From positions 13,392,001 to 13,456,000 of the forward strand of contig NW_027361783.1 in assembly GCF_039654945.1 (NCBI RefSeq): a DNA stretch of 64,000 nt. The letters run 5' to 3'. The translations under genes were made by a program, and so were the position numbers. This document shows, piece after piece, positions 36,559-50,672 of the stretch. The DNA is from Dendrobates tinctorius (taxonomy: Eukaryota). A model generated the notes under the pieces. That model was not told where the DNA came from and ran no database searches. It saw nothing but the letters and a program-made list of their open reading frames with translations. How positions within the stretch are numbered: the first letter of the stretch is position 1; each line of letters starts with the position of its first letter.

Positions 36559-39500
36559 ATGGAGGTAAAGTGTGGCTCACTTAATCTAAAGGGATTGCAT
36601 AGTTTAGGCAAGAGAGCCATTCTGACAACTTTTTTGAGAAAATCCCATATCCAAATCGCTTTTTTGCAAGAAACACATGCCAGCCCAGCCAAGCCAGTCA
36701 AACTATTTTCTCATTGGTTCCCAGAGGAGTATCAGAACTGCTCTCCTGACTCAAAATTTAGAGGGACGGGTATCCTGATTTCCCGGGCTCTTCGATGGGA
36801 GTTTATGGATTCTCACACAGATAATATGGGTAGAATGATGTTGGTAAAAGGGAAAATAGCTTCCCACATCTTTACTCTTGCCCTTGTGTATTTACCTAAT
36901 ATCGGACAGGTCTCTGCACTGGTGAGTCTCCTGGAATCTATTGCTGAGTTCTCGGAGGGTACTCTGGTCCTGGGGGGCGACCTCAATATTGTACTTGACC
37001 CATCTGTAGACACATCTTCTGGAGCTTTATCTCATTCCCTAGCAGCACTACGTAGACTTAGAAGGATATTTACATGATCACCAACTTATCGACACTTGGA
37101 GACTACTATACCCATCGGAAAGGGACTTCTCTTTTTACTCGTCAGTCCATGACTCTTATTCTAGACTAGACTATTTCTTCGTACACCACAAAGATATCTC
37201 TAAGATACAGGAGACTGACATAGACTACATTACCTTCTCGGACCATGCGCTCTGTTCTCTCGTGCTTGCCATGCCCTCCTCGACCTCCCATCAATGACAG
37301 TAGAGACTAAACTCCTCTCTCCTGGATGATCCTATGGTTACACAGGAGATTTTCCAGACCTTGAAAGAATTTTTTGAACTAAACAAATCTCCTGATACTT
37401 CTCCAAACACTGTTTGGGAGGCTCATAAATGCGTGATCAGAGGCGTATTGATAAAACATGGCGCGAGGCGGAAGGGGGAGAGGGAGGTCGATCTTGATGC
37501 CCTTCTGACCCAATTAAAAATACTGGAAACAAGCCATAAAACTTCCCCTACAGAAGCAGCAAAAATTGCACTCATTAAGGTGCGAGACGATTTGTGTAGC
37601 CTTCTTAATAAAAAGGCCAAGGGGATTCTCTCCTGTTGTAGGCGACACTACTATGAACATGGGAACAAATGTAGGAAATCCCTCGCAAAAGCATTAAGAC
37701 AGTAAAGAGCTAGGTCTTACATTTCAGAAATATCCTCCACCGCCCATGCTAAACGTGTCCAATCCTCCCATGACATTGCCAAAGCCTTTCAGACATTTTA
37801 TGCATCCCTTTACAACTTATATAATAAAAGTCCTGCCACCGCCTTGCTCGGTTTTCATTCCACATAAAGGAATATATTGCGAAGGCAGGTTTGCCAAAGC
37901 TAATCTCCAGTGACATCTTGATGCTGGAGGAACCCATAACAGAACAAGAAGTGCGCTCGTCTATTTCTGCCTCTAAAACGGGTAAGACACCAGGTCCCGA
38001 TGGCTTCCCGGCCCTTTACTACAAAAAATTCAGAGATTTACTAATCTCGGGAATGTTAGCCTCCTTTAATTCAATGTCTAAAAATAACCCCCCACATCCA
38101 GATTCTCTGAGAGCCCATATTGCGGTGATACATAAAGAAAGACCCGACCCAGTGTGCTAGCTTTCGCCCCATTTCCCTGTTAAATGTTGATGTAAAACTC
38201 TTTGCCAAGATCCTTGCATCTAGACTTGCTCCCCTTCTCTCGGGAATTGTTCATCCGGACCAAGCTGGATTTATGCCAGGCCAAAAGGCCAGAGATAATA
38301 CTATTAAGTCTATTAACTTAATTCATCATGCTAAATCCCGGAATGTCCCATTAATCCTCTTATCCACTGATGCCGAGAAGGCATTTGACAAGGTCAATTG
38401 GGTTTTCATGGAAGAGATCCTCATTTACCTGCGTCAGGGAACAAGGATGCTCCAGTGGATCCTGTCTCTATATTCAGTCCCTTCCGCCAGGGTCCGGGTG
38501 ACCGATGCACTTTCAGATCCGTTTTATATTTATAATGGCACACGACAGGGATGCCCTCTGTCCTCCCTCATTTTCATCCTCACCCTTGAACCCCTTCTTA
38601 GACATGTTAGAGCCAACCACAATATCTCGGGTATTCATGTACTTCAAAACACTTATAAAGTAGCAGCATACGCTGATGACCTTCTTTTCTTCATTACCTC
38701 ACCTAAGATCTCCCTGCCTAACCTAATGAATGAATTCAGAACATATGCCCAATTGTCTAATCTCAAGATTAATTTTACAAAATCTGAGGCGTTTAACATT
38801 AATTCTTCCCCGGAACTAGTAAGATCTTTACAGAAGTCCTTCAGTTTCAAATGGGCTACCCAACACCTGAAATATTTAGGAGTAAGACAATCTGCAGACA
38901 TCAATTCTCTATATCGATGGAACTTCCCTAGCCTTTTAACATCTATTCAAGCAGACTGTGATAGGTCGTCCAAGATATCCTTCACCTGGTTTGGCAGATG
39001 CAACATTTTTAAGATGAACATATTAACAAGGGTCCTGTATATTCTGCAGGCTCTCCCCATCACTATCCCTGCTAAATTTATTAGAAAATTAGGGTCCATT
39101 CAAGTCTCGTTTATATGGGGGAAAAAATCTGCTAGACTAAAGAGGGAGTTTCTCTGCAGACCCAAGAGGTTGGGGGGAGTGGGGCTTCCAGACCTAAAAA
39201 TGTATCACTTGGCAGGCTACCTAGCTAGAATGATAGACTGGTGTAGAAATTGTCACCATAAGGCATGGGTTTAAATGGAACAAAGTTTTTGCCTGACCCC
39301 ATTGAAGACCCTCCCATGGGTTTTACTTTCGGCCCCAGAACAAATCAAATCCCATCCGACTATTGGATCCACTTTAAAATACTGCAATACAGCAGTAGTC
39401 CATTTACATTTACTCCCAGAGGCTTCTCCTCTCACTCCAGTGTTGAGTTATCCTAAATTTGTCCCTAGCCGCTCGGACTCTATTTTTCATCTGTGGATAG

Positions 39501-40325
39501 ATTCGGGGATGGATAGAGTAGAAAACTGGGGAGAGGGAGCCTCCTGGCCTTCTCTGAGTGACCTTACCACCAAAACAGATCAATACAACTGGGCAGTGGG
39601 AGGTATTTGCCACTTACCCACTTTTTCAGCAGCCTTCCCCCTAAAAGTTCATTTAGATGACCCAAAACCCAATTTGAGCTTTTATGTAATAGCCTGGGCC
39701 CAATCAGATACACCTTAGCTAAAACCTACTCTATGTTGATGGACCCCCGGAGCCGGTCACCCCCTTCTTTCCCTGCGCAGTGGGAGGGAGATTTAAATAT
39801 TTCTTTTACGGAAGATCAGAGAACTCAAATTTTTACCCTTGTACACTGTGCCTCGATTAGCTCTAGGTTCGGTTCCAGGAGGCTGGCTATAAGATTTTGT
39901 CCAGATGGTACAGAGTGCACTTGAGGTTGCACACCATATTTCCCGAAATTGACCCCAACTGCTGGAGGTGTGGAAGGGCAGAGGGCACGATTTTTCATAT
40001 TTTCTGGCAATGTGACGTTTTGCAATAATTTTGGACAGGGGTGTGGGAAATTATTTGTCGGGTTACGGGCTGTTCCGAAAAGTTGACTCCAGCTCTGATA
40101 CTACTCCAACATAATGAAATCCCTCCTTGGATCTATAAATCCTCTTTGTTGAAATTTTTGATCATGGCTGCGAGGGCTTGCATCCTGGAGAGAGGGAAGA
40201 GTCCCGCTCCTCCAACCATAACTCAGTGGGTCGCAAAAGTCAATGAAATTATGTATATGGAGGACCTCACCTCATCCATACAAGTTTTGGGCGACTTGGC
40301 TTGGATGGATGGATGGATTTTCTAA
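36559..40325 (+). pseudogene. L1 ORF2 (APE endonuclease plus RT), disrupted
   Basis: SLNLKGL, FLQETH, GGDLN, KTPGPDGF, DAEKAFD, GTRQGCPLS, AYADD and KYLGV. Confidence 0.93.
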
Positions 40326-41195
40326 GCTCTAGTGAGTATTGTGATCAAATGCTGGAGGCAAACCCCCCTGAGGTTAACTGAAAACATCAGGCTGAGTGGT
40401 GGACTTGGTCGGGTGGGTACTCCTTCCCTTACCCCCTCGTTTTTTCCTTCCCTTCCCTTTTTTTGTTGCCTCTCTTGGCTCCGTTATTTCCCCCCACTCT
40501 CTTTTTTCACTTCAACTGCTCTCCTTCTTCCTTCTCTGCTTTGCCTTTTCTTTCCTATACTGTTTGTTAAAAGTTAAAAAATGAAAGACCCTTCGAATTG
40601 ACCTCTACTACCGGGTCCCCGGATATTAAGGACTCGTGAACGATTGTCTTGGTCGGGAGTTAAGTTGTATTGCTTGTATTCGCCTACTTGTCTGGTTTCA
40701 ATTATTATGTTAATCTGGATTTCGTTGTGTCTTTAAATAAAGAATAATAAAAAAAAATTTAATTTGTATAAAAAACTTCCCTAATCTGATTAAGAGAGAA
40801 CAAGTGAAATACACATAGTGACATATATATTATAAGCACTAATATGAGGTGAATAGAAAAAGCAATTACACCCACAAAGTTAAATCTCTATTGTTAGGTT
40901 GCATAAAAATGATGTCATCTATATCCATATCGATTATCAAATTTGTAGTCCAAATCATGACATGTATGTAAAGTTCAGTACATAGTACCAGTTCACAGTA
41001 GAGACAGTATGTGGATCCGACCACCAGGGCAAGTAGGTAGAATCTGCAGTTAGTCAGACTGTCAATATATCGATAAATGAAAACTAAAACAGAACAAACA
41101 ACAAATTAAAACACAGGCACAAAGGATAATTATAGTTGGAGCAAAATAAGAAATAAGGATTGGAAGTTGGGAGGTGTACAGACTAAGTGGAAACC

Positions 41196-42493
41196 TCATA
41201 AAAAAGGGACAAAACTATTTTTTTCAATTAATCTAAGGGGCGACATAGTGTCCAATGTAGCAATCCACTTGCATTCGTGTTGTGCCAAAATTTGTTTCTC
41301 ATTACCTCCTCGAATCCCGCTATTCACCCTTTTAATACCCCTAATCATCTGGCCCCGAGACTTGGCATTATGAAATAATATAAAATGTCTTGGGAGGGTT
41401 TTAAGTATTGAAAGGTCCAAGACATACTTTGCTGCCGAAATATCCCTAATATGCTCACGTGTGCGAGTATTCAATTCACGTGACATTAATCCAACATAGA
41501 TTTTTTTACATGGACACGTGGCATAATATACCACATTGGGGGTATAGCAAGAGATGTCATCTCTAATTTGGAATGTTTTAGCCCCATTAGAAGAAGTGAA
41601 AGATGTAGACATACAAATATTGGGGCAAGCACCACATTTGCCACAGGCGTAGCATCACACTGTGTGGGCAGTATTTATGAGAGGCGCTGGTGATTTAGGT
41701 ATATTGTGACTTCTCACTAATTGATCTTTCAAATTCATGCTCCGTCTAGGTATGACTCTGGGCCTCTGGGGCAAATGTGCTGTTAGAACATTATCAGTAT
41801 GTAAAATGGACCAATGTTTCAGCAAAATATTCCAGACACGATTCCTTTGACAGTTAAAAGTGAACACAAAAGAAATCGAATGATCATCCTTTTTTATCAA
41901 TGGATTTAGTCAGGAGTGCATCTTGAGGGGTGGCTTTGGCTCTACGGCATCCATTTTTTATGCATCTATTGCTATATCCCCATAACTTAAACTGCTGTTT
42001 AAGGTAAGTAGATTGCATCTCAAATCTGTCATTGGTGGAACAAATACAGCGGGTTCTCAAGAACTGACCCACTGATGACTGGTAGAATGTGCGCCGAGGA
42101 AGCATGAAGTAAAGAATTTATCGCAGTCTCCTTACGAAAGAGATCAACCTGTATTGACCCATCTGTTTCAACATACAGAAGTACATAAAGAAACTCAATT
42201 TTGATTTCTGCCATTTTTAGGTAAATTTCAAATTGAGTGCATTGGAGTTAAGGTTCATAATGAAGTCAACAAGATTGGATATAGGACCTTGTCAGATGAC
42301 AAAAACATCGTCAATGTAATGATGCCAGCACTGCACATGTTCGGCGGCCCGAGCTCTGTCCCCATGGAAAATCTGTCTCTCCCAATAGCTGAGAAACAGA
42401 TTTGCATAGGATGGAGCACATGCCGCACCCATGGCAGTGCCGCATTTCTGCAAATAGAATTTGTCTTTAAAGACAAATTAATTGTGTGACAAT
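41196..42493 (-). pseudogene. Penelope-like element: RT C-terminal half plus GIY-YIG endonuclease
   Basis: FVFKDKFYLQKCGTAMGAACAPSYANLF (42390-42480), DLFRKET, VVYYATCPCKKIYVG and ECKWIATLDT. Confidence 0.9.
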
Positions 42494-45400
42494 TAGTGTT
42501 GAGCATTCCGATACTGCAAATATCGGGTATCGGCCGATATTCGCTGTATTGGAATTCCGATACCGAGTACCAATATTTTTTCAATATCGGATATCGGAAT
42601 CGGAAGTTCCCATAATGCAAAGAGCCACTGCTGTGGCTCTGATTGGCTGCCGAAATGACGTCATCATGATGCGCCGTCAGTTCGGGCCTTCCGGAGGGAG
42701 GGGGGTCTGTGCCGACTGCCCGGGGCTCTGTACCGGCCTCCCGGTGGTCTGTGCCGACTGCCCGGGGGTCTGTACCGGCCTTCCGGGGGGCTGTGCCGGC
42801 CTGCCGGTGGTCTGTGCCGACAGCCCGGGGGTCTGTGCGGACTGCCGTGGGTCTGTACCAGCCTGCCGGTGGTCTGTACCGGCCTGCCGGGGGGCTGTGC
42901 CGACTGTCCGGGGGTCTGTGCAGGATCGTCCGATGGGACTACAAGTCCCATCGGGCGATGCCTGCTACCATGATGGTGATTGACACATTAGCCAATGATG
43001 GGACAGTAGTAGTCCCATCATCCGGCTAATGTGTTGAATGTACAAAAAAAAAAAAAATCCCTACTACATACATGCTACATGCATACTACATGCATACTAC
43101 ATGCTACATACATACTACATACATACTACATGCATACTACATACATGCTACATACATGCAACATATATACTACATACATGCTACATGCTACATACATACT
43201 ACATGCATACTACATGCTACATACATACTACATACATACTACATGCTGCATACATACTACATACATGCTACATACATGCAACATATATACTACATACATA
43301 CTACATGCTACATACATGCTACATACATGCAACATACATACATACATACTGCATATATACCACATGCATGCAACATGCATACTACATATATACTACATGC
43401 ATGCAACATGCATACTACATATATACCGGGGGTCTGTGCCGACTGTCCGAGGGTCTGTACCGGCCTGCCGGGGGGCTGTGCCGGCCTGCCGGTGGTCTGT
43501 ACCGACTGTCCGGGGGTCTGTGCAGGCTGCGGGGGTCTGTACCGGCCTGCCGGGGGGCTGTGCCGGCCTGCCGGTGGTCTGTACCGACTGTCCGGGGGTC
43601 TGAGCGGACTGCCGGGGGTCTGTACCGGCCTGCCGGGGGGCTGTGCCGGCCTGCCGGTGGTCTGTACCGACTGTCCGGGGGTCTGAGTGGACTGCCGGGG
43701 GTCTGTACCGGCCTGCCGGTGGTCTGTACCGACTGTCCGGGGGTCGGAGCGGACTGCCGGGGGTCTGTACCGGCCTGCCGCGGGGCTGTGCCGACTGTCC
43801 GGGGGTCTGTGCGGACTGCTGGGGGTCTGTACCGGCCTACCGGGGGGCTGTGCTGGCCTGCCGGGGGGCTGTGCCGGCCTGCCGGGGGGCTACTGTGCCG
43901 ACTCTCCGGGGATCTGTCCCGACTGTCCGGGGGTCTGAGCGGACTGCCGGGGGTCTGTACCGGCCTGCCGGGGGGCTGTGCCGGCCTGCTGGTGGTCTGT
44001 ACCGACTGTCCGGGGGGTCTGAGCGGACTGCCGGGGGTCTGTAGCGGCCTGCCGGGGGGCTGTGCCGGCCTGCCGGTGGTCTGTACCGACTGTCCGGGGG
44101 TCTGAGCGGACTGCCGGGGGTCTGTACCGGCCTGCCGGGGGGCTGTGCCGGCCTGCCGGTGGTCTGTACCGACTGTCCGGGGGTCTGAGCGAACTGCCGG
44201 GGGTCTGTACTGGCCTGCCGCGGGGCTGTGCCGACTGTCCGGGGGTCTGTGCCGACTGCCCGGGGGTCTGTGCGGACTGCCGGGGGTCTGTACCGGCCTA
44301 CCGGGGGGCTGTGCTGGCCTGCCGGGGGGCTGTGCCTGCCTGCCGGGGGGCTGTGCCGACTGTCCGGGGGTCTGTGCCGACTGCCCTGGGGTCTGTTCGG
44401 ACTGCTGGGGGTCTGTACCCGCCTACCGGGGGGCTGTGCTGGCCTGCCGGGGGGCTGTGCCGACTGTCCGGGGGTCTGAGCAGGCTGCGGGGGTCTGTGC
44501 AGGATTGTCCGATGGGACTACAAGTCCCATCGGGCGATGCCTGCTACCATGACGGTGATTGACACATTAGCCAATGATGGGACAGTAGTAGTCCCATCAT
44601 CCGGCCTATGTGTTGAATGTAAGAAAAAAAAAATACATACTACATACATACTACATGCTACATATATACTATATGCATGCAACATACATAGATACTGCAT
44701 ATATACCACATGCATGCAACATGCATACTACATATATACTACATGCATGCAACATGCATACTACATATATACCACATATACCGGGGGGCTGTGCCGACTG
44801 TCCGGGGGTCTGTGCCGACTGCCCGGGGGTCTGTACCGGCCTGCCGGGGGGCTGTGCCGGCCTGCCGGTGGACTGTACCGACTGTGGTGGGGTCTGTGCA
44901 GGCTGCGGGGGTCTGTACCGGCCTGCCGGGGGGCTGTGCCAGCCTGCCGGTGGTCTGTACCGACTGTCCGGGGGTCTGAGCGGACTGCCGGGGGTCTGTA
45001 CCGGCCTGCCAGGGGGCTGTGCCGGCCTGCCGGTGGTCTGTACCGACTGTCTGGGGGTCTGAGCGGACTGCCGGGGGTCTGTACCGGCCTGCCGGGGGGC
45101 TGTGCCGACTGTCCGGGGGTTTGTGCCGACTGCCCGGGGGTCTGTGCCGACTGCCGGGGGTCTGTACTGGCCTACCGGGGGGCTGTGCTGGCCTGGCGGG
45201 GGGCTGTGCCGGCCTGCCGGGGGCTGTGCCAACCATCCGGGGACTTGTAGTCCCATCGGGCGATGCCTGCTTGCTACCATGACGGTGATTGACACATTAG
45301 CCAATGATGGGACAGTAGTAGTCCCATCATCCGGCCTATGTGTTGAATGTAAGAAAAAAAAAAAATACATACTACATACATACTACATGCTACATACATA

Positions 45401-45538
45401 CTACATACATGCTACATACATGCAACATATATACTACATGCATGCAACATACATACATACTGCATATATACCACATGCATGCAACATGCATACTACATAT
45501 ATACTACATGCATGCAACATGCATACTACATATATACT

Positions 45539-46068
45539 TAGAAAATTAGGAAGGGGAAAGGGAAATTTGTGCTCACCAAAATAGTCCTGTAAGCCGGTCG
45601 TGCCTAGGGATCAAATGGCTGACCACCATGTGTTGCAAACATGAAGAGAGAAGGAAGATCCGGCACTGGAGACTTGATAAAATCCACGATAAGTTTTATT
45701 CACATAATTTCATGATAAAACCATGAAGGGGAAAACAGACCCCCCCCACGCCTGACGCGTTTCGAACCTTACACCAGGTTCTTCCTCAGAGACATGAAAC
45801 AAAACAGTTCACAAAATGATTATAAACATTCCTAATCAGCAGAGGGACTCCACACATGTGTATAATCAAAGAGGCAGACAACTAAGCCCTCAAATCACTG
45901 GTGGAGTCACTCCCTTGCAAGAAGAAAGAAAAAAAAAAAAAAAAAAGGAAAAGACTTATACAACAATGGACAAGACATAGAATAAATAAAAACATGTGCA
46001 ATACACACGTATAAATGCATAAATACATAGCAACTATCAAATGACAAACAAAAAAAAAAAAAAAAAAA
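45539..46068 (-). mobile_element. PLE terminal-repeat fragment inserted in the microsatellite
   Basis: Unique sequence with no counterpart in the mirror arm; contains a hammerhead motif. Confidence 0.7.
45747..45796 (-). ncRNA. Type I hammerhead ribozyme with minimal palindromic stem III
   Basis: Minus strand reads catgtct CTGAGGA a gaacc tggtgtaa ggttc GAAA cgcg TC aggcgtg: core intact, 7-bp stem I with G-U pairs, 5-bp stem II. Confidence 0.85.
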
Positions 46069-48339
46069 ATACTACATATATACTACATGCATGCAACATG
46101 CATACTACATATATACCACATATACCGGGGGGCTGTGCCGACTGCCCGGTGGTCTGTGCCGACTGCCCGGGGGTCTCTACCGGCCTGCCGGTGGTCTGTA
46201 CCGACTGTCCGGGGGTCTGTGCAGGCTGCGGGGGTCTGTACCGGCCTGGTGGGGGGCTGTGCCGGCCTGCCGGTGGTCTGTGCCGACTGCCCGGGGGTCT
46301 GTGCGGACTGCCGTGGGGCTGTGCGGACTGTCCGGAGGTCTGTGCAGGCTGCGGGGGTCTGTACCGGCCTGCCGGGGGGCTGTGCCGGCCTGCCGGTGGT
46401 CTGTACCGACTGTCCGGGGGTCTGAGCGGACTGCCGGGGGTCTGTACCGGCCTGCCGGGGGGCTGTGCCGGCCTGCCGGGCGGCTGTGCTGGCCTGCCGG
46501 GGGGCTGTGCCGACTGCCCGGGGGGGGTGAGCGGCCTGCCGGGGGTCTGTACCGGCCTGCTGGTGGTCTGTACCGGCCTGCCGGGGGGCTGTGCCAACTG
46601 TCCGGGGGTCTGTGCAGGCATCGTCCGATGGGACTACAAGTCCCATTGGGCGATGCCTGCTACCATGACGGTGATTGACACATTAGCCAATGATGGGACA
46701 GTAGTAGTCCCGTCATCCGGCCTATGTGTTGAATGTAAAAAAAAAAAAAAAAAACATACTACATACATACTACATGCTACATACATACTACATACTTGCT
46801 ACATACATACTACATACATACTACATGCTACATACATACATGCTACATACATGCAACATTTATACTACATGCATGCAGCATACATACATACTGCATATAT
46901 ACCACATGCATGCAACATGCATACTACATATATACCACATATATACTACATGCATGCATACTACATATATACCACATATACCGGGGGCTGTGTCGATTGT
47001 CCGGGGGGCTGTGCCGACTGCCCGGGGGTCTGTACCAGCCTGCCGGGGGGCTGTGCCGGCCTGCTGGTGGTCTGTACCGACTGTCCGGGGGTCTGTGCAG
47101 GCTGCGGGGGTCTGTACCGGCCTGCCGGGGGGTTGTGCTGGCCTGCCGGTGGTCTGAGCGGCCTGCCGGGGGTCTGTACTGGCCTGCCGGGGGTCTGTAC
47201 CGACCTGCCGGGGGGCTGTGCTGGCCTGCCGGTGGTCTATACCGACTGTCCGGGGGTCTGAGCAGGCTGCGGGGGTCTGTGCAGGATCGTCCGATGGGAC
47301 TACAAGTCCCATCGGGCGATGCCTGCTACCATGACGGTGATTGACACATTAGCCAATGATGGGACAGTAGTCCCATCATCCGGCCTATGTGTTGAATGTA
47401 AAAAAAAATAAAAATACATACTACATACATACTACATGCTACATACATACTACATGCATGCAACATACATACATACTACATGCAACGTGCATACTACATG
47501 CATGCAACATACATATATACTACATATATACTACATGCATGCAACATGCATACTACATATATACTACATGCATGCAACATACATACATACAACATATATA
47601 CTACATGCAAGCAACATGCATACTACATATATACCACATATATACTACATGCATGCAACATATATACTACATGCAACATGCATACTACATGCATGCAACA
47701 TACATACTACATATATATCACATGCATGCAACATGCATACTATATATATACCACATATATACTACATGCATGCAACATACATATATACTACATATATACT
47801 ACATGCATGCAACATGCATACTACATATATACCACATATATACTACATGCATGCAACATACATACAACATATATACTACATGCAAGCAACATGCATACTA
47901 CATATATACCACATATATACTACATGCATGCAACATATATACTACATGCAACATGCATACTACATGCATGCAACATACATACTACATATATATCACATGC
48001 ATGCAACATGCATACTATATATATATACCACATATATACTACATGCATGCAACATACATATATACTACATATATACCACATATATACTACATGCATGCAA
48101 CATATATATAATACATATATACTACATGCAACATACATACTACATATATACTACATATATACCACATGCATGCAACATGCATACTACATATATACTACAT
48201 ATATTCTACATGCATGCAACATACATACATACTACATATATACCACATGCATGCAACATGCATACTACATATATACTACATGCATGCAACATACATATAT
48301 ACTACATACAATACATTCATACAATACATACATATAGAC

Positions 48340-48990
48340 ATACAGTACATATAACATAGAGTACATACTCACTATCACTTGTCACTTTGATCCCCGAAGC
48401 CATTGTCGTCTATGGAATAAAGATTAAAATAACAAAGCACGAATATACTCACCCCTGATCCGCAGAAGTCCACGGGTGTCCCACAACGATCTTGCGTGGA
48501 GAACAGCAGCATCAGCTGATGCTACCGTTCTCTACGGGCTCCAGGAAACCAGTGTCGGGAGGTAGGTATCCTTCCGCCCTGTATTCCTCTGCCACTGTAA
48601 AGAAAAAAAAAGTCCCTAGTCTCATTTCATGGCATTGCTGTGTGAAAAATTTCCGATGCAGCTTTTGCCATAAAGTGAGACTAGGGACTTTTTTTTTTTT
48701 TTTTTCTACACTGGCGGAGGAATACAGGGTGGAAGGATACCTACCTCCCGACACTGGTTTCCTGGGCCCCGTAGAGAACGGTAGCATCAGCTGATGCTGC
48801 AGTTCTCCACGCAAGATCGTCGTGGGACTCTTGTGGATTTCTGCGGATCAGGGAGTATATTGTTTGTTTGTTATTTTAATATTTATTCCAAAAATGACAA
48901 TGGCTTCGGGGATCAAAGTGACAAGTGATGGTGAGTATGTACTCTATGTTATATGTACTGTATGTCTATATGTATGTATTGTATGAATGT
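48340..48990. repeat. Central near-perfect inverted repeat of the foldback (arms ~300 bp, ~30-bp spacer at 48634-48665)
   Basis: Mirror ORFs 48492-48794(+) and 48512-48814(-) translate almost identically. Confidence 0.95.
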
Positions 48991-49033
48991 ATTGTATGTA
49001 GTATATATGTATGTTGCATGCATGTAGTATATA

Positions 49034-50670
<1,637 letters not shown>

Positions 50671-50672
50671 TA

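Larger units (their letters stand above)
34561..40755 (+). mobile_element. Full-length decayed L1-clade LINE
   Basis: ORF1, ORF2, aataaa and A tail; TSD taatttgtat at 34551-34560 and 40760-40769 (extends to 13/14). Confidence 0.93.
42700..48340 (+). repeat. Left arm: GC-rich minisatellite, double-hairpin module and TACA/TGCA microsatellite, repeated 5 times
   Basis: Module gatgggactacaagtcccatc...tgtgttgaatgt(A)n at ~42921, 44500, 45236, 46615 and 47282. Confidence 0.92.

Noticed and set aside
45523-46084. 16-bp TSD around the PLE fragment
   Set aside because: The match lies within a microsatellite where that 16-mer is common, so it is not diagnostic.
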